Assembly: GCA_040285855.1 (NCBI GenBank)
Contig: JAUFOQ010000003.1
Coordinates: 2,046,001 to 2,110,000, forward strand
Length of the DNA stretch: 64,000 nt
Source of the DNA: Eukaryota sp. GEM-RC1
Lineage: Eukaryota
Direction of reading: 5' to 3'
Shown here: piece after piece, positions 24,917 through 37,295 of the stretch
Layout of the letters: each line of letters begins with the position of its first letter
How positions within the stretch are numbered: position 1 is the first letter of the stretch
Position numbers and translations under genes: made by a program
Notes under the pieces: model-generated
Seen by the model: the letters and a program-made list of their open reading frames with translations, nothing else
Databases searched by the model: none
Told to the model about the DNA's origin: nothing

Positions 24917-25738
24917 TTCCCTATCGATATACATTATATACCCCTAATACATTATTAATACTAGTATGTTACGAAACACTCTAGCTGGTATTTTTTGAAC
25001 ATAACTGCAACAACTGTTGTGCAAAAAAATATCTTGATAATTCGTCGATGAATTCTTGTTTTCGGCGCATACTTAAAGAAAAAATACTACTTATAATAAT
25101 TTAGTAAATCTACTACAGACAAAACTGTTTAAAATGGGGCCATGTGGACTTACAATGTGCCAATTTATACAGTGTATCGTTTTGAGCAGTATTGACTGTA
25201 CAAAGTGTCGGTTAATCTCAAACATGATGCTTGGATCAATTTACTCACAATACTGTGCTTTACATGTGTATTGGAGTGTGAACAAGCTGGTCTAAATAAT
25301 CTAACAGTACACACACTTCACAGAGAAACAACCTTTTGGTGTTGCAGAACGTAAATATTATCGTATCAACCTAAAACAAGTGGACTGAACCAAGTGTTAT
25401 CCGAAGATCACCAAGGCTGCCTAGGAAATAATTTCTCCAAAAATATATATTCAATTTTGTTTCCATAAATTACCATAAATTGAAAAATACGGAATTTAAT
25501 TGACGGTTTTGATTTATTGCGGGAATTAACTTACGTATAATAATTTATGGTTTGGTGTCATCTCAAAACAAATTTTCGATTCTAGACAGAAGGATCTCGA
25601 GAGAGTGTACTAAAGTGGCTGTTTTCATAAGTACATATTTATAGAGCTTCACAATACAACTAAAGTCACGTAATCCACAGTAGATAAGTTTTGAGCTTTT
25701 TGGTCATAACTAACTTAAATAAATTAATTTCTCCAGTA

Positions 25739-26887
25739 TTATTCCACTTTTTTAGAACGATTTCTTCGACGGTTGTTACGGGATTTACCTCCTGTACTAA
25801 CTTTGGGTTTGGGTGGTCTAGCATCATCCACAATGATTTGGTTTTCCCCCCATGTCTGACCATTCCAGTGAGACTTGATATAATCTGCTATTTCAACAGA
25901 AGGTACGGATACAATAGCGAATCCAGACTTATCAGGAGCATTACTGCGAAGCATCTTGATCTCAAACTCAGGAAATATAGAGAGCTTTTCTTTCATTTCA
26001 TCATTAGAAAAGCCATTAGGAAGATTGCCTGCATTGAGATAAAAATACACACAAACCAATGTAAATGTTGGGAATTCCAACATCCTGACTGACTTCAGTT
26101 TGCTCAGGTATTATCTGAGAAGTCATTTGATTCATTCCAGGAATAAACGAGGGTGAATTGAAGCTAGATTGAGGGCTATTGATAGTCCTCAATTGACCAA
26201 TGTTGGGTCCAAGACCAGTACCACTAGATCTTGGAGGTCTGGCATCTTTAACATGAATTTGGTTTTCTCCCCAAAACTGACCATTCCAGTGAGATTTGAT
26301 AAAATCTGCTATTTCAACAAAAGGCACGGAGATGACGGCGAATCCAGTAACATTATGAGCAGTACAGCAGAACATCTTGATACCAGACTCTGGAAATATA
26401 GAAATCTTTTCCAGCATATCATGTTCAGTAAAGCCATTGGGAAGATTACCTGCAGTGAGTATAAGAAAACACACAAACCAATGTATATGTTGGGGATTTC
26501 AACAACATGATGGAGTTTAGTTTGTTCAGGCTTTGGAGAAGTCACTTGATTCATTTTAGGAAAAGTGGGGGCTGAGTGATAGGTCTGTTGGAAGTAGGGT
26601 TGAACAGGTTGATGGTTTTGAACAACATGAGCTTGAGAGGGAGATGATTTATTAGCTTGAGGAGCTGTGGAAGAGATAACATGAACAGAGCTTCCCTCCT
26701 TGATGTTGTAGCTTCCTAGAGTGTCAGTATCCTTAAGAACATGAGGAAAGATGACGATTTTGATTCGATCCATTTGGTGCTCACCAATTAGGTACGCAAC
26801 AGTTTGTTTGAATTGTTGAATAGTTGATGAGGGATCTACATCGCACTGAATTGGGGTTTTCCCCCTTTGTTGAAGTATGATTTTCAT
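25739..26887 (-). CDS. Ubiquitin-like domain + two RRM domains; exons 26887-26479, 26449-26057, 26028-25739
   Basis: N-terminal UBL (MKIILQQ...LKDTDTLGSYNIKEGSSVHVI). Splicing two GT-AG introns rebuilds RNP2 IYIG/NLP twice. RNP1-like GFAVI / GFAIV. Confidence 0.85.
26029..26056 (-). other. Spliceosomal intron, 28 nt
   Basis: GTTTGT...CTCAATGCAG; removal restores IYIGNLP. Confidence 0.85.
26450..26478 (-). other. Spliceosomal intron, 29 nt
   Basis: GTTTGT...CTCACTGCAG; removal restores IYIGNLP. Confidence 0.88.
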
Positions 26888-27559
26888 TTCGGATGATGCA
26901 ATGAAACAAAAACAATGCAGAAAGAATAAAATTTAAATTGTTCTTTTTAGTAGGGGCCTCCGAATTATGTCTCAGAATTTCCTCTTTGTATAGTAATACT
27001 TGCCGCTGCTGTTGTTTCATGTACGAAGGACCTCTGTTGACAAAATCATTTAGTGCTAAGACAAACACGAAAATCACTCTAGACAGCACTCGTTGGACAT
27101 TATAAAAACTGCAGAATTCGATGGACATGGTAATGTGTATGTCTGAAGGGAATATGTATGGTTTACGAACGAATATTCGGTTCTATTTGACAGAATAGCA
27201 ACAGTGTAGTATCAGAATATTGGAGCGATACGTGCCATTCGACTCATGGTTTTTCTGCCACAAATTGTGTTCATGTCTGTGATACGTAGATTTCCATAAG
27301 TTGCAACTATTGCGATCAAATACAAACAACACGTCTCTTATAGATACAAATCACAAAAATACAGTAGATAACCCAAAAATGTAATTATGGACAGTCATTT
27401 TTCTGAGAACACATTAATGTAAGTGATAACTGACACTTTTGATGCAACTCTTCATGATTGTTGTAATAAAATTGAAAGTGTCAAATAACTGCAGTAATTT
27501 TCTTATAATTTGTTGAATCTTTAATGACTACAACACAACAAGTACAGTCTAAATACTCT

Positions 27560-27900
27560 AAGTACGGATGTCTAAGTACGGACATCAAGTTGCTGCATTG
27601 AATTCACGAAGACACAATAATATCGTCTTTCAGCCTTTTGCAGTTTCGTTATACGGAAATTTCGGTTCTTCTACCAAGGAGTTTTTAAATTTATTTGAAA
27701 ATATGTGTTCAGAATTTGGCAAGAAGTTTAACAGATCGTACTGGAAGAGTAAATTTGCTTTTTCGATTTTTAGGTCTATGTATAGATATGTTGATTCCAT
27801 TTTGTCCAAGTTGTTTGGAGGCAACTACTTTTCGGAATTAGGTAGTTCGTTTGATAATTTGTTTTAATAGTGTTTATTTATTTGTACTTATCTTATTATG
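27560..27900 (+). mobile_element. RLE retrotransposon 3' fragment, family B
   Basis: KYG...FQPFAVSLYGNFG...KKFNRSYWKSKFAFSIFRSMYRYVD, homologous to 59330-59600. T-rich tail. Confidence 0.7.
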
Positions 27901-28151
27901 TGTTTTTCTCCGCACAAAAATCCGTTTTTCTAGTACAGTGTACTTACATCTAATACTCATTATCCTCAAAGTTGTAGATTGCCTTTTTGGAAATTCTCAC
28001 CTACCTTATCCTCATAATGTCTGCCAAGATTTAATAAAGTGCTAGATACCAGTAACCATACCTCTAAAGATAGCAAACACAATTCGATTTTTCCAAAATG
28101 AAAAATCAAAAGTACTACAGTAAACGGTTTAATTAATTTGGACATGTTTGT

Positions 28152-28837
28152 CAGGCCCTCTTATAAGATATTTTAAAATAATTTGAACATCAAAAACAGG
28201 GCTCAAAGTATTTTAAATTATCTTATGAGAGGGCGTGATCAAAAATACCAAAAATAAATGTGAAATAAATACAATTAAAACAAAATAAAAACAAAATAAA
28301 AACAAAATATTTTATTAGTACAGTTTCTCTCAGTCACTATCGATGATTACACAATCCATTTGATCATCCATATCTTGTCGAAATAGGTTAGTTGACTTTC
28401 TGCGTCGTATATTTGCTCTGACTGTGTCGCCACCACATGTGGGTCTTCAGCATTAGTTCAATATTCAGCAATCGTGGACGAACATGAGAATTGTTCACTG
28501 ATCATACGTCCGGATATAGTTGTGGGATTGGCTGATCACATAAGTAAAAGCTCGTCTGCATCGGTTAGGTTCGACATTGAAATGGCAGAGTTTGAGAGAA
28601 AATGACTTGACTTTGATTCTGGGCTGAGCTTGAGTATTTCACACATCGCGTTTCAAGTCAATCAACAACCTTGAGCACGAAATTACCCGATGCATTACAT
28701 AGATCAATGAAGTTTACTTTCCGACATTTTATTTATATTTATTTATATTTTGTTTTATTTGCATGATCGCCAAAAAGGCTCAAAAATAAATATAAATAGA
28801 AATAAATAGAATTTATATTTATTTATGAGGAGCCCCG
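28152..28837 (-). mobile_element. Non-autonomous TIR DNA transposon (hAT-like), copy 2, inverted relative to 7701-8369
   Basis: 8-bp TSD ATGTTTGT at 28144-28151 and 28838-28845. Same TIRs and collinear interior as copy 1. Confidence 0.9.
28197..28237 (+). mobile_element. 41-bp minimal derivative of the same family nested inside copy 2
   Basis: CAGGGCTC...TTATGAGAGGGCGTG flanked by 8-bp TSD ATCAAAAA (28189-28196, 28238-28245). Absent at the homologous site of copy 1. Confidence 0.8.
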
Positions 28838-29049
28838 ATGTTTGTTCTTTTGTAATCTTGAAAAACATTTCAATTAATGATGTTGCAGATTCACCTAAAG
28901 AACCGTACAACGAAAATACAAATTTGTACAATATCTAACTTTTTGTAATCATAAATTAGCACTAGAGTCACTACGTGATTATTAAGACGAACAGAAACAT
29001 TCATGCTAAATCCAGAAGTGAATGTAGACCTCACCAAATCATTTAAGGA

Positions 29050-29640
29050 TATCAAAAGGATCTGTCTGGTACTTCCTTCATTCTGGATCAGTATTCTCTG
29101 CAAGGAAAATCCTTAAGATAAGGATCCTTGACCTGGGATGTTCCTGCTACCTCATGTGTTGATCCCATGTATGCTTTCAAATACTCCTCCACATCCATGA
29201 ATGCTCTTCACAGCTGCATACGGACCTCTTTTTCCCAGTCGAACAAGGTCAAAAGAACAAGGATTTTCCTGACCATCGTCTGGACCAAGATGATATCCCA
29301 TTTGTTCCGCGTTCTATCCGTAAGTTCTTTTTCTTTATTTAAGATCATTATATCCACTTCAATGTAAACTCATCGTTGCACTCAGACCTACAGAACTCTT
29401 CTTGATACTCTTCCCTGTTATTTCCCTCGTACAGCAGAGAAAGCTTCCGCTACTAGTCCTCTTCTCTTTGCAGATGTAGGGAATGAATGGGGAGAGTACC
29501 AAGATGCTGAGAGAACTCTTTCCATTGTTGACAGCATTCTCCCTACTTCATCTTCTCTCTTTGATGAAGTAAACGACCTTAAGGAAATCGAATCACGTTT
29601 TGTTGACCATGATCTTTTTTTCATTTTTTTGATTGGTGGT
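29050..29640 (+). pseudogene. Degenerate coding remnant, possibly SWIM-containing transposase C-terminus
   Basis: Broken frames include GCSCYLMC*SH (SWIM-like CxC..CxH) and a protein-like acidic downstream stretch. Weak. Confidence 0.25.
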
Positions 29641-29899
29641 GTGGTTACTAGTATCATGTATTCTTTAATGTTATTTCAATTTTCTGTATGTGATTGAAGT
29701 AATTTCCATCACTTGATTTTCTGTGTACAAATTTGCATTACGTGTTAACGATATTACAATTTTAGACACAAATTGATTCATTTGCCATCGACACGCCAGA
29801 TTAGGTCGTTCAGTCTGTTTCAATGGCAATTTTCGGAGGTGTCGATTGAATTATACCCATTATAAAGGGATCATCTAGGCCAGAAACCTTAACATTTGT

Positions 29900-30745
29900 C
29901 ATGTTTTGCGAAATTCAGTCAAATGCATACTCGTTCGATTCATAGGACATGTGATTTTGTAAAGATCAACAAACTTTGAATATTAGACACGGTTTTTTGA
30001 GGAAACTTGTCAAAGAGGGTATACACACGATTTAATTCATCACCAAGGAAGACAAATGGTGGATGGCATGAAGATTCAGAAATTGATAATTGTTGTCCAA
30101 TTTGAAGAGTACATAGCTGATGTTCGACAGATGCAGTCAAGGAGAATTAATCTTAAACACTGCTACTAGGATCAAATGAACGTTCATAGTCATGATAAAC
30201 AATTCAATGACTTAGAAAAAGCAGCCTGGAAAAACAGTATAAAGCACGTAAAACAGTGGATTTTCCTACACCTACAGTTCCCTGGATACACATGGATCCT
30301 CCAGTTCCTAGTGCTTTCTTGTCCAAGCGTGCAAGTGGCTTTAGACATTGGTTGAGCTGCTTGCGAAGTTGTTCAGATTCATAGAACATTGACAGATATA
30401 AGGGATGTTGCTCACAAACGAGTCGTTGGAGCATGTTGTGTTTGAGATCGTTTCCTTTCCTCAAATTTTCTTTACAACATATAAATATTTTTCTTTTAAT
30501 TCTTTCTTTTTTTTGGGGTGTTTGGTTTCTTGAACAGCCCCATTTCATTCAAAATGATTCCGGTTTTTGGTTGTATTTCTTCGTCGCATAAATCCACAAC
30601 ATCTTAAGAATTAGCACCAGTTGCTTCTTCAAAAAAGGTGCAACGTAGTAATCTCTGATAGTAGTCCGTCTGTTACGTATCATTTAAGTTACCGAAATAA
30701 AATGGCGCAATTTCTCAATCTCCTGATAAATTGACCAGCATTATT
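29900..30745 (-). pseudogene. Disrupted P-loop NTPase gene (possibly Crinkler-like header + NTPase)
   Basis: Walker A MCIQGTVGVGKSTVLR in ORF 30204..30548. Flanking frames are broken by stops and indels. Confidence 0.4.
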
Positions 30746-31429
30746 TCCCACCATTATCTTTCGGAAAAACCACTTTAATGGCAACACGTTACACGTTTCG
30801 CTAGTTGCCATAAACAACTTGTAAATCACAGTTCTCTACTCTTGTGATCCCACGAACAGAACTGCGCAGATAATTCTCATACAGTTAGCCTTTTGTATTT
30901 GTTTAACAGTTGGACAACTATTAGACTGTTCTGTACCACATTTAGAAAAGAATACAATTTAAATAAATTTAAGATACTAATACAGTTACATTAACACAAG
31001 AACACCAGTTCCATGTTTTCTCTTCAATGAAAGTGTCTGTTCACCTTATTCAGTCATTGTTAGAGACAACCTGTCAGTTGCAATAGACTTCCCCACAGTT
31101 ACAGATTCAACATAATAACTAAATATACAGTAGACTCTTCCTCAATTTCTTAAAGGTCAACCGATTGTCCTTATACGGTCCTCAATGGACCTACTGCTTC
31201 TTTAGACTAAACACTTGTATCAAGCGATGCCACTTTCAAGTCTTTGAGTTGTTTTTGATGAGAGCGAAGGGGGCAGAAACTAGAAGATGATAGTGTAATC
31301 ACCGCAACAAAATTTTAAAGTCATCATTACTTGTACTTATGATTTCATGGGTTCAATCGGTGTCGGAAAGAAATTGTAGGATGGTAATGTGACTGAGCTA
31401 GGTAAATATACAAGACAATGGGTGAAATT

Positions 31430-31925
31430 TATAGTTGTTGAATATGAATCTTTTGTTGAGCCACTGTTGAGATCACTGGAAATCAATAATTTAAAAAATA
31501 GTGATTCTGATAAGACTTTTGGTAAAAGAAGAGCTGATGTTATAGTTCCATCAGTCAATGATGAACTAACCGTTGTTGATGTGAATACTGTGGATGTTTG
31601 CAAAAAAAGTGCATTCAAGGATGCTAAAAATGAAGTTTCTCCACTGAATTCTTCAGAACAATACAAGAGAAACAAATATGATGAACCACCAACTGCTCTC
31701 AAACATATTAGACATCTTGAGTACTAATTATATCCTTTTGCAATTTCAATTTATGGTAGACTTGGTAGAGATGCACTTTGCTTTCTCTCTGATTTTGACA
31801 AAGTGGTCAAAAAAAGAATGAACAAGAAATTTGATTTCAAGTTTTGGTTGAATCGTATTGTTTTTACAGTGTTTGAAACAATTCCTATCATGATTTCTAA
31901 AGCTCTATTAGCTCTCAGTGTTTTT
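31430..31925 (+). mobile_element. RLE retrotransposon 3' fragment, family A
   Basis: ESFVEPLLRSL...FGKRRADVIVP...VVDV...KRNKY, then PFAISIYGRLG...KKFDFKFWLNRIVF after an in-frame stop. Confidence 0.8.
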
Positions 31926-32104
31926 TACTTTGCAGATACTTAATCAAAAAAATATTCGCGTTCTAAGCATTCATTAGTTCCACCTGCCTTTAGAATTGTT
32001 AGTCTATTACTCCAGCAGTTTTTTGAGAAATCTCCAAATAACACCTTCATGCTTTTTTTATGATAAAACTTTTATCGAACAAAAACACTAAAATAAACAC
32101 AAAT

Positions 32105-32230
32105 ACTAGAACTCGATATCATTAAAGCAACAATCATTGCCATTAAAACTCACATCAGCTTTCTCTTCATATCAACACACATACAGCAAGAGGTAGAGAT
32201 TGAACCGATTGTTGGGGAATTGACAAAACA
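32105..32230 (-). mobile_element. RLE retrotransposon extreme 3' fragment, family A
   Basis: Reverse strand YEKKADVSFNGNDCCFNDIEF* matches YEDKAVVRFDSDGCCFDDIKF* at 3519-3583. Confidence 0.7.
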
Positions 32231-32469
32231 CTTTTCGGGATGTTTTTGTTCCACATTTATGTCTATTTTTATTCATTCATTAAATTTCATAAACACTATT
32301 TGATTCTAACACTTAAAACGTAAACTACAGTATATTAATTGCCACACTCCACATTTACTTGCAATTACGATAATTCTATTCCACACGCTAATAGTTCCCT
32401 CACTTCGTCACAAATACCTGACAACTATTCACATGTATCACACGTACAATGTACATCTAGTAGATCAAA

Positions 32470-32930
32470 AATGAGGGGGTATTCATACACAGCTTAAATC
32501 GAGTCAATCATTAATGGATTTTACTAGAGTCGGTGTTTGTAAAAAATCCTGTGTTAGCAGGATATTAGATTCTTTTTTAATCCTTTTACAGTTGCTGAAA
32601 AACTCAAGTCTTCGAAGTATGACTCTCAAGTAGAAGAATTAAATCGAAAATCAAAGTCCAAATTTGTGTTTCAACCTCTTGATGTTTCTCTTATTAGATC
32701 GATTAGTCCTGCGAGTATATAATTTTTTCAAAGATTTTTGAACATTTGTGTAAAGAATAAAAGAGTAAGTTTAGAACTTATGAATGGAAAAACCGTATTG
32801 TGTTTATCGAATAAGCCTTTCTATGTTTGTCGATTAGTTGAATAACTTTCCAAGTTTGGTATGAAGGTTAATGTCGAAAAACGTAATCTTTTACCAGATA
32901 GGGATAATAGACTTAGTATTATAATGTCAT
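32470..32930 (+). mobile_element. RLE retrotransposon 3' fragment, family C
   Basis: Degenerate frames KLKSSKYDSQVEELNRKSKSKFVFQP...WKNRIVF...KFGMKVNVEKRNLLPDRD. Confidence 0.6.
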
Positions 32931-33122
32931 ATTTTTGTAGGAAGGTTAACCTTTTGTGTCCCGAATTCTGTAGAACGTATGTGGTTTTATTGATTTTGAC
33001 CAAGTTTGGTATTGATTTCGATTTCTGTCAAAAAGTTTTGAGTCCTTCTTTTCAAACTACCAACCCGCTTGCAAAGCGGAGATATTTCTACCAACCCTTT
33101 CTCACAGCTCACCTTTGTTGTT

Positions 33123-33757
33123 ATGCTTTGTAAGGAACCTTTAAACGCCTTATCCCTCACTAATAAGAGTAAGCTCTTGGACATTTATCGTGCATCAGAT
33201 TGGGTAAAACACACTGAGAAAAAGGGAGCCATCTTGTATAAACGTCCATCGCCACATTCTCCCATTCATCAAGTCCGATTAGAAATAGTTGTCAATCGTC
33301 CTGTTTCCGATGTTTTTTCTTTTCTGGCCGATCCCTCCAACAATCCTCTGGTTGAGCCAAGTATGGAAGAACTAAAAGAGATTCTGGACTTCAGTACCAA
33401 TTCGAAGAGAATCAGACTTCTTCACGTCAAATATCAACTTCCTGTCGTTTCCAATAGAGAAGCAGTTGTTTGTGTGTTTGATTCCGAAGAAGATGACCAG
33501 TATATATTAGGTTCGTGCTCTCTGGATCCGTCGTCAGTAAACATCACAATTTCTCATAAGAAACATGTTTGGTGTACTGTTCACATCTCTGGTCATATCC
33601 TTTTCCAGAAACCAATGGTAGTACTAGGATTATTACTATTGGAGACATAGATCCTCATGGAGCCTTACCTATTTGGGTTGTTAACAAAGTGACTGATCAA
33701 CGGTTAAAGACTATGATTGAGTTGAAAAAGGTTTTGGAACAACACATAAAGATATGA
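33123..33757 (+). CDS. START (lipid-binding) domain protein; one -1 indel at ~33600-33606
   Basis: W...KKGAILYKR...VSNREAV...DIDPHGALPIWVVN START signature. Adding one T joins the two ORFs. Start codon uncertain. Confidence 0.8.
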
Positions 33758-34379
33758 TATTTACTGGTAGGATGTAGGATTTTTTGTTTTTCGTATTTGT
33801 GATTACCTATTTGTTACTACTAAAATTTTCGGAGCTTAATGTTGCTAATGTAAGCAGTTTCGGTGAAGACTTAACTGCATGTTCAAGTGATAATCGAATA
33901 GTTTACGGGACTAGACCTCTGGTTGACATGTTTTATAAACAATGTAGACTGACCAGCATCACATGGATGATTGTGAAAGGATAATCTTGTACCTGTACAT
34001 GTAGTTTGTATTATCAAATGTTTTTGCCGAACATTCGTTTTTGTACTTCAAATGACCATATATGTACTACTAGAAGTAGATCTCCCAGAATCTTCTAGTA
34101 GCGGAATAACAAGTGATGACGTGATCAGAAATCGGCACTTCGATTGCCCTTGTCTATTGGAAACAGCGAACAATTTATAAGCGCTATTTCACTAATCAAT
34201 AGTCAAGAATTGTTGATATAAATTTTAACAGTTTTACTGAGACTCCCAACTGGTAAAAATGTTGATAATATAGGCAAAAGGATGAAAAGCAAATACTGAA
34301 ACGATGTTGTAAATTTGACTAAATAAAACCAACTGTAATCGGTACCCAAAAGGTAATCTTCATACAAAACTATGAATTG

Positions 34380-34650
34380 GTAAAACAAACAAATAAAACT
34401 AAGACTAAGACTTAATCCAACCGACTTCATCCTTATCCGGTAAAAGATTACGTTTTTCAACATCAACCTTCACTCCAAACTTGCACAATTTCTCAATTAA
34501 TCGAGAGAAATAGATAGGCATATTCCGATATATGGAAAACACTATACGGCTTTTTCATTCAGCCATTCTAAACTTACGCTTCTTGTCTTTACATAGTTCT
34601 TCAAAGTTTGATACAGTGACATTATTGAACTTATACGGAATGACAATAAA
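34380..34650 (-). mobile_element. RLE retrotransposon 3' fragment, family C
   Basis: Reverse strand LCKDKKRKFRMAE*KSRIVF...KFGVKVDVEKRNLLPDKDE, homologous to 32740-32910. Confidence 0.65.
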
Positions 34651-34707
34651 TCCAAATTTGGATCAATCATTTTGCTTCACCCACTCCTACTTAGCAGAAA
34701 CTTCACA

Positions 34708-36812
34708 ATGATACTACCCCCAACTGGTAGTAGATCTCACAATCCGTTTCCATCCCCTTCACCAAAATTCTTCTCTTCTATTCAACCAACTTCTGATGAA
34801 CAATCTTTACGAGCTCGATTAAACGAGGTCCAGGAAGAACTCATCAACCTTCGGAAACGTCACTCCGCAGATGTCACTTACGCACGTGCCCGTGTTCGTG
34901 AGTTCCAATCAGCTCTATCAGAACGAGATTCTATCATTGAACACCTTCACTCAGACATGGCTAAACTACGGGCAACTGTTGACAACGCTAACAAACAAGA
35001 CCGTGAATTCTCTTCTCTCAACAACAAGTACTCTGCTCTACTCCATGAAAAACACACCCTCTCTCAAGAAGTTGATTCTCTACGTCATCAGCTACGGAGA
35101 CTCCCTGATTTAACAGAAAAACTTCACGATACTACGACCGCTGCTGAGTCCTTGACCAAAGCTAATGGTGAATTAGAGAGTATGGTTGTGGAGCAGTCTG
35201 AAGTAATTGAGAACTTTCAACGAAGAATAGAAGAGCTGGAAATGTGTCTACGGAATTCTGAAGAAAATGACGTGTACAAGGAGAATTTGTATGAGTGTTT
35301 TAAGGTCATTGCGTCACTTTTGGTATCTAATCAATCACTTGCCAATCATAAAGGGATCATGACGAAGTTATTTAACCGTCAATCCACTGTCTTCAATCAA
35401 ATTTCTGAATTGTCATCAGTTTTTTCAAACAGTCCTGAATTACAAAATCTTTTTCACTCAAAAATTCCCATGATTTAAGCGTTTTAAATTCTTTTAAGAA
35501 ATCGCCCAAGAAGAAGTTCAAAGCAGTTGCTATTTTAGTCTTAGCATGTGTCACATTTAAAAAATCCACTAAACTTCCAAGAACAAGGACTGTGACGAGA
35601 TTTGCCTATTCTCCTATAGCAATTCCTTCCGTTTCCTCGTCATTGTTACCTCAATCAATCATTTCTGATCTTGATGACGTGTCATGCTCCAACATATTTA
35701 AAATTTTCTGTGCTCGCGTGCTGGAAACACCTCTAGCTCCATACCTAACACGTCCTCACGTCATTCCTTCTTTTACATCACATTATTCGAATCCTGAAAG
35801 GCAATTATCTCTCATACGTGATTCCTTCTTTAATTTGATTTCAAGAATCACTCATTCCGAGTCAACTTTAACGGAAACTAGAGATGAGCTCACCAATCTG
35901 TCATCTTCTCTTGATTTTTGAACAGCAACGTACTGCATCGCTGGCAGCTTCCCTGTCAAAGAGTCAAGAGCTTGCCAATCATTTATCTGTAAAATTTGAA
36001 AATCTACAGAAATCTCAGTCACAACTATGTCCTTTGTCGAAGTACAGTGAAGCAATTGACAATTGTATACGACTAGAGGAAAACAATGTAGAACTCTCCA
36101 GTCAATTATCTGCTCTCACTTCTAAAATCTCAGTTCTAGAAGCTGAAGTAAGTGCTGGGAAAGAAGAATTAACCAATGAAAGGGCAATACACACGTCACT
36201 TTTGGAGAAAATACGAGAATATGAGAGTAGGATATTTGAGTTGGAACAAAGCGTCGGGAAACTTGAAGGAGACGTGGATGGTCTTTCAACTTCTTGTATG
36301 AGATCAGAAGAAACAATTGTAGAGCTGGAATCACGTAAAAAGACATTGACTACTCAGCTTTCTGACCGATCAAAATTAGTTGATCAGCTCAAAAGGAGAT
36401 TGCTGCGCTGTCACTTTCCGTTTCTGAAGCAGAAGAGGAAGTTCACAGAGTTAATGGGAAGGTGTCTGTTCTGACTGGCATTGTCGATGAGAAAACTCGT
36501 GATTTGGATATCACTACTGATTTACTGGATCAGAAATCTCACGAATTGTGTCGTGCTCAGGATATGATACGATCTCTGACGTCTGCTACTAGGAATTATT
36601 CAAAAAATGTAAAATTTTCAGATAATCCTGTTTCTGATGATGAATTCCAAGATGTTGGAACTCCTGTTGTCCAACCGTCGCCCAATCGTAAGTTTCGGAG
36701 TTCCAAAAGTTTTAATAATTCCAATAATTTTAATTCTAGCACTCTTGATGACGATTCTATTAGTGAAGAAGTGAATGAATTGAGGAGACTTGTCAAAACA
36801 GTTGGATTTTGA
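34708..36812 (+). CDS. Long coiled-coil protein (~700 aa), three single-base indels (~35462, ~35917, ~36393)
   Basis: Four adjacent + strand ORFs with heptad character join at A/T homopolymers. Central KKKFKAVAILVLA motif is reminiscent of centrosomal coiled-coil proteins. Confidence 0.6.
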
Positions 36813-37295
36813 TTGCTGATCAATTCGAATTGTATTATTTAATTGTTATTGTATTTTATATTATGTATGTTCCTTTGTTTTTGAATTTGGTTCAGTTTTC
36901 CTTCTTTAAGTTGATGTTTTCTCAGAGTCAGTGCTTTGTTAATCATTCAGATGTATACTCTCATTCAATGAGTTTGACAAATAATAGCTCTCTAATCTTT
37001 TTGTAATTACTGTCATTGTGAGTTTGTAAGTAGACAAATAGATGTAGAAGAAGCTTGGATCAATAGGTCTCTGGTATGATAATACAAAGGTCTAAAACTG
37101 TTTCCAAATGACAAAATTACAGACATAGACACGTTTAGAAACCCTAATTGCAAAAATAGACAGATCATAGAACAGTTTTTACGAATATAAGCAACAGAAA
37201 GAGTACGTGTCTATTTTTGCAAATACTAGTACAATGCAGCATCAAAATCTAATGATGCAAGAGCACTTTTCTTAATTGCTTTTCTCCTGTATTAA

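Noticed and set aside
34203..34466. Hydrophobic 87-aa ORF as a membrane protein
   Set aside because: It overlaps an off-frame RLE 3' end and its T-rich tail. The hydrophobicity is compositional.
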